A stretch of DNA of 64,000 bases from Octopus sinensis (GCF_006345805.1 NW_021836144.1:1-64000); one strand, 5' to 3'; shown: positions 1-13,294, counted from the stretch's first letter. Notes: a model not told the origin generated them from the letters alone. Program-made: numbers and translations.

Positions 1-554
1 GTAAGGGAGAGTTTATATGAAATTACATTTTTTTGGTAACTGTTAGTGATAGATTTTTAATTACTATTTTACTAATAATAGATTTCATTTGATAATTATA
101 TCTGAAATAAATTTAAAACCTGACTTTATATATGCACATCCACATATATTAATACACATGAACAGACAAACAAAGATATACATGTATTCCAGCATGTAAA
201 CACAAGCACATATACACAAACACTTATGTTACAAAGCATCAGGTTTTATGATATGTTAATCATTACTATTTGAGTTTCATTCGATTAGGTATATTATCAT
301 ACTCGAGAAGACCCACCCACCACAACACAGCTGAGCTCCTAAATGAAAGTACCTTGTAAAAAGCATTGGTGTGGGTGCTGATGCCACATAAAAAGTACTG
401 GTGCTGGTGTCATGTAATAAGCACCCAGTACACCCTGTAAAGTGGTTGGCATTAGAAAGTTGTCTGTTGAAAACAAGCTAAAACAGACTATGGAACCTGG
501 TGCAGCCCCTGGCTTTGCCATTCAACCCATGTCAGCATGGAAAATGGATATTAA

Positions 555-773
555 CTATTTAGTATTTAAACCGGCCATATCCGGCCAAAATAGCTAATCT
601 GTTTTATGTTCAAACTGACCAGATCCAGGCCCTCACACCTACCCTACAATGTTATTCTACATTAAGTAATTACACCATCAAGATCTTGAAGATATGAGAT
701 AATGCATGATTAATTCAAATCAATGGGAATCAATAAGCATTGTTTTTGATAGAATAATCAGAACACTAAAGGG
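555..773 (+). mobile_element. piggyBac-type MITE (same family as 37932)
   Basis: TTAA flanks; shares tttaaaccggccatatccggccaaaa and the aacactaaaggg end; left TIR is degraded. Confidence 0.8.
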
Positions 774-2039
774 TTAAATGTTGATGATGATTGATGATAT
801 CAGGAAATCAAATGACTTTCTCTTACAGGGGCTTCAGCGCATTAAAAAAAAATGCAAAAGAATTTGTTATAAACGTTTTCTATGTTAATTATCATTACTA
901 ATGTACAAGTTATGTTAAGTCAACTGAATTTTAAGTATGAATTCCACCCTATTCATTCTTCAAAATGTGGAATGATGTGGCTGAAAACAAAAATGAAAGC
1001 TGTGTTCAAAAAGACCCATTAAGGTCTTGAAAGCATGATGTTTATGTGTAAACACTTACTGGGCCTTGTTCAGCTTCTCATGTATCCTCATCAGGCCCTT
1101 CTCCACCCCTCATCTTCCTAACACCCATTCCACCACTCTTCTATGGCATGATTTGTGATTATAATTATATCATAGGATGCACATATTTCATTTCCCTTTG
1201 TGTTAACAGTTATCTCCCACTCCTCCCAGAACCCCTTCCTCTCAAAAATACCTCACACATTCTCAACATCATCCCTTCCTCTTTTTTTTATCCACTAATC
1301 ACCCCTTTCTGTGCCTCCTGTTATCTCTCCCTCTCCTCTGAGATACATCTTATGACTGCCATTACCTTATCTTTAACATCCTCTCTTATCTGCTGTCACT
1401 CTTATTGCCTTGTCATATGTCATTGATGACCTCCCCACACTAACAATAGTCACGCCTATATGGGACATTCAGATAAGGTAGTGTACAGCTGGTTGCTGGT
1501 TCCAATTTAAGTACTGTTTTTACAGCTAGATGTATAATACCAACCACTTTATAGATTATACCCGAATACATTTTATCATGGTACCAGCATTACAAAGAAT
1601 CTCTTGTCCTTACGAAGTCTAAAAAGTCCTCTCAAGCTGAATATCAACTTCACCAGCTTGGACAATTTAATAAGTGCCTTTTGCACTGCTCCTCATCCTA
1701 AGAATATTACAAAAACATTACTCTTATATCACAAGATGTTATTAAAGGTAGAATGTGAGCCTCAAACACCCAGAACATACTTTAACAATAGTGTGTACAT
1801 TATTTGCTTCATGTTTCATAAAAATCTAGATCTAAATATTGGTAGATCATCAGATACTCCTAGAAACTAATTTGAGCACAATTTGAGGTAGTGTTTTGAA
1901 ATGCTTCCTGGAAATAGTCAATAGCTTGTTTCTTAGGTGACCAAATTGCAGTGGTGAAGGGGCTTCTGAAAGCACTGTGACTCGAGACTCAAGTAAGGAA
2001 GAAAATGGAATATGCACAGTTAGCAAACAAAGCAAAAAC

Positions 2040-2290
2040 CAAAATCCTCTCTCTGAGTGAAGCGCAGTATGAATGATACTGCATAATAGCAAATTATGGG
2101 CATTGAAGGCAGGAGATGTGCAAATGCTATGAAAGAAATGAGGTGATTATGCTATACTGAATGAGCAATGTCAATGTTTAAGAATTATAGAGCACAAGTG
2201 AAGTGTAGAAAAATTGATAAGTGAAATCAAATGTCTTGAGCAAGAGAGAATTTTGAGATTATGTGGACATGGGAGGCAAATAGAGGTTGA
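2040..2290 (+). mobile_element. RTE-clade LINE 3' ORF relic
   Basis: Degenerate LH.SKLWALKAGDVQML*RNE...GH segment, homologous to the other RTE copies. Confidence 0.6.
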
Positions 2291-3039
2291 TATTTGTGTT
2301 AAGCAATGCCAAGAAACCTGGGTGAGAGGAGTCTGCTGAAGACAAAATCAAATAAAACACAGGAAAAAGTCGCAAAACTCATGAATGAAATAACAAAGGA
2401 CCATAAAAAAAAGTTGGTATGATGTTGCTGCAAGAGAGGACCTACACAACCTATGTAATCAATGGAAAGAATTTTAAAAAAAATAGAAGAAAGCCAAATA
2501 ACAAACCAAAAATAATAAAAAATTAAGCCTATGTATGGTGTTAATGCTGATGCTGATGAAAACAATTTGCATTGGTGTCAATGTTTTTGTGAAATTAAAC
2601 AAAAATCAAAGAACCTTTAGAATTGAAACTTGTTGCAGGTTAATAGATTAGAAATATATTATTTTTCTGAATGGAGTAAAAAAAATAAAATATAAATAAG
2701 TATGAATAATCTCAAAAAATTGTTTTAACTGTTTTACACACATGCACACAATCAGATAAGACAAAAAAATACTGTGTTATGATAATTACTTCATGAGAAT
2801 AAACAGTTTCTTGGCAAAATATTATATATTCTTAAGACTGGTTATTAGTCATGGTCTAAGTAGTTTGAGTATAATTAATGATAAGCTATTTCATGTACAA
2901 AACAATGTTATTGATTTCATCATCATCCTCATCATCATCATTAGTATTATTGTTATTATTATTATTACTTCTATAGAGCTATTGCACACTGCTTTAGTAG
3001 GAAGGAATGGTGTTTTGAGGTTTGGCGGCAACAAATCTC

Positions 3040-4160
3040 ATCGCATCTAAAAGAACTTTAAGATTGCTGTAGATTATAGGATGGTACTTTTCTGCAGGTT
3101 GTCTAAACCTGAATATCTCCCAGCCTCTTAGGTAGTACTTTGTGTGTTGTGCCAGGTGTACCAAGCTCCAAAGGAATAACTATCACCCTAGTTTCCTATG
3201 GTCTCTTTGCCTCTTTTGCTAGGAACTGATATTTCTCTAGGTTCTCAATTTCTTTTATGATGTGATATTGCAAAATCTACGATTTTACACATCATCTTAC
3301 CTCTACAATAATTTCTAGTCTACTTGTTTCAATAGAAAGGCCAGCCTTTATGAGGGAATTCCATAATATTCTGTATTTATTATTCCCTATCACAACCCCT
3401 GGCTCATGTTAATACTATTTTTCTGTCACTCTGAATCCACACAATTGGCTAAAGTCGTTATGCAGTCTTTTACCAATGTAGACATGTCTAAGTTGATACT
3501 CATTTTGTGCTAGTTTACTGTATTCACATAAGAGATGGTTAATACTTTCATCTCCTTTTCCACAGATTCTGTGTTTGCTCTCACTGAATTTAATCAAGTA
3601 TTGCCTTTATCAAATTCATTGCAATGTCTTGTTCCTAATGACTATAATAAACAATTCAGTTTCACATTTCAGGTTTCCATCTGTCAACCACAATATTCCT
3701 TACTTACAAAATTCTCAGTTGCATGAATTAACCATGTAATTCCTTCTTTTTCCAGCCATTTACTGTGTCACTCTTCTTTCTTGAATTCTCCTGCTGTTTC
3801 AGTGACTTTATGGATATTTCTGGTTACAGACAGTATTCTCTTTTCACTACACACAGCATGGTTTTTCAACAACAATTTTGTAGTACTAATTAATGGTGTT
3901 TTCAGTGTTTAATAAGCCTTTGCCACCTTTCTTTCTTGGTACATATTGCCTGTCAATTTTAGGTGACACGCACTGAATATCGTGAGCAGCTTCCTAGTCT
4001 TTTTCTCTAAATTCTGGAGTTCTATCTTTGTTCATTTTATAAAACAGCAGAGTATCTTCATACTGGCATTGTCCATGTATTCAATCCCCTCTCTGGGATA
4101 AAGAAATTTAGAAAACCAGATTAGCTGTTCATTTTGTAACATATTTTGTACCACAAGGAA
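3040..4160 (-). mobile_element. R4/Dong-like LINE, decayed 3' part (RT thumb, CCHC knuckle, restriction-like endonuclease)
   Basis: ORF 3415-3597 HRICGKGDESINHLLCEYSKLAQNEY..RH, followed by EK*Y*HEPGVVIGNNKYRILW...ENLEKYQ. Confidence 0.8.
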
Positions 4161-4302
4161 TGTTTTTACCAGTATTCATAAAAATGTATTAAATTCAGGA
4201 ATGTCTGGTGGAAATTTTGAAATTCAGTAGTTTGGAAAATTACTAAGGATAACAATGAACTGGATAATATACAGGAGCCTTTTTAGGAAATTTAGTAACA
4301 TA

Positions 4303-4657
4303 GGCACAGGAGTGGCTGTGTCGTAAGAAGCTTGCTTACCAACCACATGGTTCTGGGTTGTCCCACAGCGTGGCACCTTGGGCAAGTGTCTTCTACTATA
4401 GCCTTGGGCCAACCAAAGCCTTGTGAGTGGATTTGGTAGCTGGAAACTGAGTGTGTTTGTGTATCTTATTTCTTCCCCCACCATCGCTTGACAACTGATG
4501 TTAGTGTGTTTATGTCCCCATAAATTAGCGGTTCGGCAAAAAAGACCGATAGAATAGGTACTAGGCTTACAAAGAATAAGTCCTAGGGTTGATTTGTTAG
4601 ACTCAAGGTGGTGCTCCAGCATGACCACAGTCAAATGACTGAAACAAGTAAAAAAAA
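4303..4657 (+). mobile_element. tRNA-derived SINE, family A (octopus OR/OK-like)
   Basis: Head ggagtggctgtg..gtaag with Pol III A/B-box-like motifs; 3' domain ending cagtcaaatgactgaaacaagtaaa. Confidence 0.85.
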
Positions 4658-5846
4658 TAGTTGTGCACATAACTGAGTGTTTTGTTGCAATTACAGAGTC
4701 CTAGGTTTGATTCAATTATACAGCACTTTTGGTATGTGTCTTCTTGTGTAGCATTGTGAGTTGAATTTAATAAGACAAAAACTGCAGAAGTTCAGTGTAT
4801 ATGTTTCTGTGGTTGTTTATTATTATAAACTAGTGTAATGTCAAAAAGTTTGACTAAGTGGCTCAATAAATATAGTGCAATTAAAAATAGCAGAGATGTA
4901 TATATCCATAAATAGATATATATGTAACACATGCATATATACATATGCACACATAAACACACACGTTTATATATACATACATATACTACTATATATGTAT
5001 ATATACATACAGACAATTCTGTATGCATGTATAAGCGTGTAATTCTATATGCGTGTATAATTGTATTTATATATATGTGTGTGTGCATGTATGTCTAATG
5101 TTCACACACACACACACACTCAATGTTTCGGAAAATGCCTCACTTCTAATGCCAATTTAAATTTCTTAGACTTAGATCATTTGAAAATTCATTTCACAGC
5201 TTGTATGAACAATTGCGATGTAATAGTAATTATGATAATGATCATCAAAATGATTATGGTGGAGTGTTTCTAGTAAATTAAATGCGGCAAAGAAAATGCA
5301 ATACAAGAGTTTTAGGCAATTTTTCTGTTCATAAAACTTTTAGAGTCTATCAATATAGCTTGACATAGAATGGTTTTTCATCTTGCACAGCTGAAGTATA
5401 TAGAAATGAAGATGACTGAAATCTGGCTCTAACTTCAATAGCAGAAGATTTTATTTTTGCTTCTATAATTTCTTCATGAACTTCATTTCATAGAAGTCAT
5501 ACATATTCTTTTGAAGCTACAAATCAAACATTTCAAGCAAAGCGAAAAAATATTTTCCAAATTGATGAACGTTTTAAGAACTCGCTCAGATACAAAACAC
5601 AATCAAATATTTGCTATTCTCTTCCAACTGTGAGATGCTTGCCAATGAAACTAAAGCATAAATTCTATGTTAAATATAAACTATGAGAACATTTAAAATT
5701 ATGTTGTCTCATATTTTTGACAATTTCTAATATAGGAAATATTTATTAAACAAAGCTTTCAGTAATATATCACAGATGACTCCTGATAAGAGCACAATAT
5801 ACAGAAAAGAAGAGAATTTAATTCAAAATATACATATCATTTTGGT

Positions 5847-6178
5847 GTGTCTGGGGAGAGTCATTTTCTATTTGTGCCTTATAATATAACACGCTCGCCG
5901 GTTAAATTTCCACTTTTTTTCTTATTTTTATTTTTCTAAAATTTTCGTTGCGTCTTGCAACCTTTTCAATAGTTTTGAGAGAGAAAACTATTGAAAAGGT
6001 TGCAAGATGCAAGGAAAATTTTAGGACAATAAAAATAAGAAAAAAGTGGAAATTTTACTGGTGAGTGTGTTATATTATAAGGCACAAAAAAAAAATAACT
6101 CTCCCCAGACACAACAGAATATGCTTCAACACACGAACTCATATATATAATCTTGCAAACTAAATCCCAAAACGAAAT
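5847..6178. repeat. Foldback element with ~130-bp inverted arms (5847-5976 and 5984-6112) and a 7-nt spacer
   Basis: Arms are reverse complements; a 13-bp direct repeat atatcattttggt lies at 5834-5846 and 6179-6191. Confidence 0.9.
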
Positions 6179-6676
6179 ATATCATTTTGGTATTTCTGTT
6201 ATTTGTATGGTCAACATTAAATGGTTATGGGATTCTCAGGATATGATTTAAGCTTAGAAGCAGATGGAAAAAGTGTTGATTCCTTAATAAAAGAAATTAC
6301 CTTGTTTACCATATTACAATATCGGTAATCACTGGAATTATGTATTTGAAGAGAGAAGGGGTTGCCTATTTTAATAGCGGTGTCCACTTTCAATCTTCAC
6401 GCAATTTTTCAGTTTTTCATTTTTAAATATTAAATTTCACTACTTCTCATTCATGTTGTTAACATTGTTAACATTCCAACATTTTATACAAATAAATCAG
6501 GAATAATTTCTTAAGTGTAATAGGGATGTGCTGCTTGTCAGGTATCTCTCTTCTTTAAGATTTGTGATGTGATGATAGTGTACCTCTTACAACATTAAGA
6601 ATGTGTAGCAATACTTTTAAAGAAATAGGCAATCATTATTTGACTGCTAAACTTTCTTGATGTACCATAAGAGTCA

Positions 6677-7270
6677 ATAATAATAATAATACTAATAATA
6701 ATAAAAATAATAATGATAATAAATGCTCTGATGCAGTACCAGGCAGTGGCTCTCATGGCTTCTGATCTTAACTGATTGGAAGTGTTATCATGTACATTGT
6801 TTTGTCTTGGTATAAAAGATGAGCTACAGCAAATATTCTGCTCAATACCACAGATTTGCTTGTCAGTTGTTTGACGTTAACCAGTTGAGCATGTCCCTTA
6901 GTGGCTGACGATATGTGCATCTCTGATCACGAGCAGAAGTAGTGGGGGAGCATCATAGCCGTGTGTTGAAAGGAATTCTTGGAGGTTTAGATAATTCACC
7001 TTTGGAAACATGGGTGGTTCATTCAACATTCTTAAACAATCCTTATTCAGTGACCTTTTGAGTGGGATGGGCTACTCAACCAGAAGAAAATTCTAACTGG
7101 GCCCCACTTGCAAGGTCATGCACTGTTTATCTTGATATGAGATTACCATGTCGTGCACATAAGGTTGTGATGCATGTGCCTGGTGTACCTTTATCAGATG
7201 GGTAGTCATGATGGGCTTCGTATATTTTACCCCAGTGTCACTTTGATGGCATGCACTGCTCTCTCACATG
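6677..7270 (-). mobile_element. ATT/AAT-tailed retroposon 3' region (LINE 3' UTR or SINE)
   Basis: GC-richer repeat-like block abutting an (AAT)n run on its left; no coding motif recognised. Confidence 0.45.
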
Positions 7271-7281
7271 ATGGTAATAAT

Positions 7282-7617
7282 AATACAATCCCTTAAAATT
7301 TGAAATTGCAAGAATTTGGAATATAAAAATTGTAAAGGTTGTGCCTATGATAATTGGTGCAGTGGGAACTGGAAGCAAAGGTATATAGAAATGGTTGAAT
7401 GTGATAGGAATAGAATGCTCTGTAGAGCTTCTACAGAAAGTTTGCCTCTTAGAGACAGGAAAGACTGTCAGGAGGGTCTTAAGCACTTGACAGACTAGTG
7501 AAAGATTGTAGATACCTAAGGTTACAGGTAGTAACCTGCTATCCACATAAATTCTACCAGGAATAAGAACAAACCTGAGTTAAATCAATGATAATAATAA
7601 TAATAATAGTAATAATA
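7282..7617 (+). mobile_element. R4/Dong-like LINE 3' end with (AAT)n tail
   Basis: YNPLKFEIARIWNIKIVKVVPMIIGAVGTGSKGI*KWLNVIGIECSVELLQKVCLLETGKTVRRVL*, then a 3' UTR and tail. Confidence 0.8.
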
Positions 7618-8360
7618 CCAAGAGCACTCAGAGAGCAGAAACCTCTGCCAATACAACACCAACATCCTCTCAACAATTAACCAATGATTTTTAAAATGAG
7701 AATATCTGCTCTCAGAAACGAGAATACTTGAAATGAACCCAATCCTTTTCAAACATAAAAATAATCCATATATATATATTGAGTGAGAGGTGAAGGGAGA
7801 AGAGATGAAACACTAATACAGTGAAGGAGAAGTAGTGAGAGTAATAGCCATGACTGAGAGGGAGTGAGACAAAGTAATGACAATGAGAAAGATGAAACAA
7901 AGTGGCAAAGAGAGCGTCATATGAATGAGAAAGGAAGGGGTGATAGATGAGTAACAACGGAAGGAATGAAAAAGCCGATAAATGGCATTTGAAGTGTGAG
8001 TATATGTGTGTAAAAGAGAGGTATGTTTGCATGTGTGTGTGAAACGCATGTTTGTGTGTGTATAATGGAAATGAGATGATAATGTTCAATGCTGAAAATG
8101 TGTGCGTATATGCATGTACAAGAGAACCATGGGAAATTTTACATATACATGTAAAGAAAATATATAAAATAATCCAGAATCCTTGTCCAGCACCAGATCG
8201 ATCCCTAGTTCTTATGAGATTAGGCCAGTCACAAGGCCAAACATCCCTGAAAGTTTCATCCGAATCCATCCAAAAGTTTTTGAGATATCTTGTCCACGGA
8301 CAAATAAACAAACAAATACAACTGAAAACAATACCTCCGTCGTCGCTGAGGCGGAAGTAA
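7618..8360 (+). mobile_element. Helentron-associated/DINE-1-like non-autonomous element with a ~400-bp internal insert
   Basis: Homologous to 51328-51694; subterminal acctc(t/c)gcc motif and terminal hairpin acctccgtcgtcgctgaggcggaagt. Class assignment is inferred from end structure. Confidence 0.6.
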
Positions 8361-8855
8361 TAACTGGTTCAAATTTTGGCACAAGGTCAGCAATTTTGGA
8401 GAAGGGAGTTAAGTCGATTACACTGACCCTACTTCTCTGCTGGTACTTATTTTATCAGCCATCAAAAGGATAAAAGCAAAATTGATTTTAGTAGAATTTG
8501 AACTGCAATATAGCAATCTGGCCACTGTTCACCAATATTTAGTTAAGAAAATTCTGTGAAATTCATCAGAAACTTCTGAAGCAGCAAGAATCCTTTGTAA
8601 CTTATAACCACTATCTTTTGAAACAGACAAAATGGAGCACTCAAAATTTAAGTTACACCACTTAAATATGGTGAGACAACCAACAAATGTCCAAATAAAG
8701 AGATCTCAGTAAGGTTTTTTTTTCAATATGACTTAAAAGTTGAACAGTATGACTGATAATTGAAACTGAGAAAGGTTATTGGAACAACAATGCCATCTAT
8801 TTAAATCAATGCTGAAAGACTTTTCATCATTTAAAATAATCAAATCAGATTGTAG

Positions 8856-8913
8856 GGCTTTTACGGAGGTAGATCTGGAAGACGCAATGCCATTTCTAAG
8901 AACAAGATGTTAG
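8856..8913 (+). CDS. Candidate exon with PKI-like pseudosubstrate motif (GFYGGRSGRRNAISKNKML)
   Basis: tgtag|GGC...TTAG|GTAAAT boundaries; GRSGRRNAI resembles PKI GRTGRRNAI. The acceptor has a poor pyrimidine tract. Confidence 0.3.
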
Positions 8914-11900
8914 GTAAATTTAGATTTGAATTGATTTTATTTTAACTTCTAATCTTTAAACACAATATTTCTTCAATAAAGTTTGCAGGGAATAGACTTT
9001 TCAATCTTTTGCAATCTTTTATTATTTTTTTTTTTTGATTTCAAGTTATCTTTTGTGTTCCATTCACTTACATTTTATATCCAACAATGTATTAATCTCA
9101 AAAAGATAGGGTTATGTATCTAAATGAATTTATATATTTTAAAATGTTTATTTCTTAAGTTGCTTCATGAGTTCAGATTTTTGCTTTTAACTTTGAATCC
9201 TTTGCAGTAGGATGTGCTTTAAATTTTTGAACTGGTAAACAAAGATGTTTCCTGGTTTTTTTAATAGTATTTTTATAGTTAGAAAATTTTTTATAGCTTT
9301 TTATTTTATAGTCTTTTGATGAAAAAGCATAGCCTCTTTTTAATTTTGTAAGTTTTGTCTAATGCTTAGTGTTACTCAATGTTTGTGAATTTTTGAATGA
9401 ATAATATATAAAACAGCCATGGCCTAATTATAGTTTTTAAATGTGAACTTTAACAGGTTAGAGTACTAAAAAGTACTGTGATAATTTAGATTGGCAGTGA
9501 TAAAATTCTCTGTTGTGTGCTTTCAATGAATACAAGAAATTTATGATTAGTTTAATAATAAATAGAGGGGTCAGAGGTAGAGTAAGCAATACCATAAATT
9601 GAGGAGTTAGTGTCAAAGGTTTTGTGCACCATCTCCATTGCTTCGGTCAGTAGTCTAGGACATCCATTCATCAGCAACTGTTGTTCTTAATACATGCAAT
9701 TTCATGCCTGGTTTTGCAAGTATGAGCACATATTTATGTAATAAACTACAGCATGCATATGCATGCATCCCTCCTACACACACACACTCAGAAATGACCC
9801 ATGTGAAATTGTAACATTGATAAGTTATTGTTCACTTGATATTTGCTGCAAGCAGTTTATTATGTCAAGGGTTGAGGCAATTTTAAATTCTGCAATTCAC
9901 AAAGTTGTGGAAAATAAGTATCAGACCTTCAAGAAAACTATGCTATTCAAAATAATATGCCATTTGTGCTTTACAAATATCCGCAAACAATAACACTTTA
10001 CTTGAATGGGCTATGCTGCTTCAAGAATGATTGTAATATGAGACATCCTTAAATACCCTTTCCAGGTCATCACTAAGTCAGGCATGGTCTAGGCTAATTC
10101 TGGCCAAAACTTATCTAATTATATAAAGTATAGCATATTCTTCATCAATTAAATATTACACAGTCCTGGACAAAGCACTTGTGAGTTAGTCCTAATGTAT
10201 TTTTAGACTGCAATTTTTCCATGTTGAAAAGAATAAGTAATTTTTACACATTTAAAGCATTATGTATATACCAGAGCCTGTATTTTTGCTGCTGGATGTC
10301 ATTTTCAGTTGCAATAATTTCTAGTAAATTTGCTAGTGAAGCATTCTAATGTAGGCATGTATGAAGGGATGTATATTATAGAAAGTATTTCAGTACATAT
10401 TTTCATAAACATCATAGTAGTTGTCTTAACATCCACTTTTCCATGTTTGCATGACTCGAGTGAAATTCGCTGAGGCAGATTTTTTTATGGGTAGGCACCT
10501 TTCTAGTCACCAACTCCTACCTGATTCTATGACCAATCTTGTTCCATAGAAGATATGAAAGAAGGTATACCACTTATACCAATCACAATGACACTCATTT
10601 ACAACTATCACACAATGTCAAAACACAGAAACATACACAATGATGGAGTTCTTTCAGGTTTTGTTAATCAAATCTACTCACAAATTTTGGGTCAATCCAG
10701 GGCTATAATAGGAGACACTTGTCCTTGTAAATATCTGTACCTTTGTGTGGTAAATAATATACATAGAATGTTCCTTCTGTAACTGTATTTTAGATGAAAT
10801 ACATTGCTTATATTTCACTTCCATTCACCTTCTGGAATCATGAGGGTTCATCATCACACTTTACTCTTCATCATCACTACATCTCTTTTTCCAGCTCAAA
10901 TGTGATTACTTCCACTCTCTCTGTAGGAAGTCATGCACCTCATCTACAGCAAGAAATCTGTTCTGTACTGATTCCTTCTTTCATGCTTTATGCTAACAGA
11001 TGAGATAACAGCATAAAGCTGCCTTTCTCTCTACTACAATCCCACTCAATCAAAAGGGATCTTAGTCTTATCAGCCACATGGCAACTTCAGAAGAGTTGG
11101 TACTATGAAAAAAAAAAAAAACTTGCAAAGTGGTTGGCATCAGGAAGGGCATCAAATCATAGGAACCATGCCAAAGCAAACATTGGAGCATGATACAGTC
11201 CTTGGACCCATCAGATCCTGTTAAAACCATCCAACCTTTGTTAGTAATGGAAGGTGGGTGTTAAAGCTGATGATGAGGAGGATGACGATGATGATGAAAC
11301 TTTTAGATTGGTGTTTGAAGCATCACTTAGAATGTTATTACATAAAATGATAATGGAAGGTTTTAATTCAGTAAGAACATTTGAAAACTGGTGTTTTGCA
11401 TCAAAGAATTAGAGGCTGTCTCAGATGAATTACTATCAAAAGAGTTAACAAAGTTTTAATGCAATAAATCTAAAAAAAAACCAAAAAAAAACACGTTGTT
11501 TGAAAATGATACTGGCATTAACATGACAAAAATTAAGTCCAGTTAAAACATTACAAACAAAACAAGGTGCATTTGCTTTAGAATAAAATTCTTCAATCAA
11601 CAAATCACAACAGATTATGAAGAGAATAACTGATCTGTGGATTACATTTAATTGATTTACCAGCAACCTCTATATCATAAATCTATTTTGTCCTGGCTAA
11701 CCTATGTTTCAACGACAAATAACTATGAAGAATACACACTGACAGCCTTTGCTTTATTATCGATGGTACACAGATTGCACCTACAGACCACTTATACATT
11801 GAAACAAAAAGGATTAAACCACCTGCAATACATAGGTATACAATCCACTGTCATACAAACTCCAGCCTAGAAAGGCCTGGTCACTACATTTCCAACCAAC

Positions 11901-12358
11901 TTGAAATACACACACATTATACAAACTGTTCTAAAAGATCTATCACTCAGTCCAACAAATACAAAAATATCAGCAGCTCAATATTTCATGGTCTCCAAAT
12001 TCTATACCAGAATACACATTACTAGATAATTAGAGAAGAATAGCAACTGCACAGAATAAATATTGCATTCTGTTTCAGCCAGCCCACTGTGCACTCTTTG
12101 CTATGACCATCACTAAAAAGTGGAGGAAACAAAAGAGTTCAAAATTTTCATATTTATTGCATAAAATAAATCATGCTTTTTAAAACAGATACTGAAATCT
12201 TCAACTGTGCAGAGACTTTCTCTGGGGTGACAGATTTGTGAACAGTACTTAGCCTTTTAACCAATTACATAATGTATATAAGTACTTATATGGGATGCAC
12301 AAAAACATAAACAAATAAAAAAAATACAAACATACATATTCACAATCAATTAATTTAA

Positions 12359-12391
<33 letters not shown>

Positions 12392-13294
12392 ATACCTGAG
12401 TATTGACAAAGAGACACGAACAAGTTCATTTAAGAAAACAATTTCGCCATGCGGAATTCTTTGTGTCTGCTGTCTTTTATCAGAAATTAAAAGTAACAGA
12501 AATTTTCTTTCCCATTAATATGCACTGTTAAATCTAGTGGCACACTGTTAGAAACATTACCTTTCTTTGTCTAAGATAACATTTCTACACTTCTACTCTC
12601 CACAGAGCAATTGAAACAATCTAAGGAAAAGTAAGAAACAAGTAAATGTAAATTCCTTAATGTGAGATTGCTAAAATTTCAACCACAAGAATTTTCTGTA
12701 ACTTGACTGTTTTCTTTACATCTCATGTAAAGGTAAATTTTATGTTCAAAATTCCTGCACTACACTGTTCCTTACGAAACAGTCACCAGAGAAAATTCTT
12801 AGCACTAGCAAGTAAAGTATTGATTCTAGATTTAAGTGGAGCCAGAAGGGAGCAATAAGTATGAGTGGTCATGAGTTCAATACAAGAATTTCCAGCTGGC
12901 TGCATCTGGAATGTCAGAATGAGATAGTTTGTATAATGGTTGGTTTCTTCTTCTTCTTCAAAAAAAAAAAAAATGAATAAAAAAAATGAGAAAAAAAACA
13001 CAATGAACCTATCAGCCTTTCTACTTTCCTAGAAACAATATCATAACTATTAGACAAACATTTCATTCTTCACTTTCACTTTTTGCTATTGCCATCTTGA
13101 CACAATTTTCAAAGTTTTCAATACTTTTCAGTCAAGTCTTTGATGATTTTTTTTTCCCAATGTTATAGCAATATTATGTTAACTACTACAGAATAGGTCA
13201 ACATGACCGAACAGAATGCTTCACATTTATTTAGAGAAAGAGAACACTGACACATTAATACATTGACTAGAGAATAAGCCCTTATAAAAATCTC

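Noticed and set aside
8809-8913. Alternative frame MLKDFSSFKIIKSDCRAFTEVDLEDAMPFLRTRC*
   Set aside because: No recognisable family; it competes with the PKI-like frame and cannot be favoured without data.
12776-12905. Minus-strand exon-like block (cattccag|MQPAGNSC...NFLW*...|GTAAGG)
   Set aside because: All three frames contain stops before the donor, and there is no similarity to the Ig gene or a known family.
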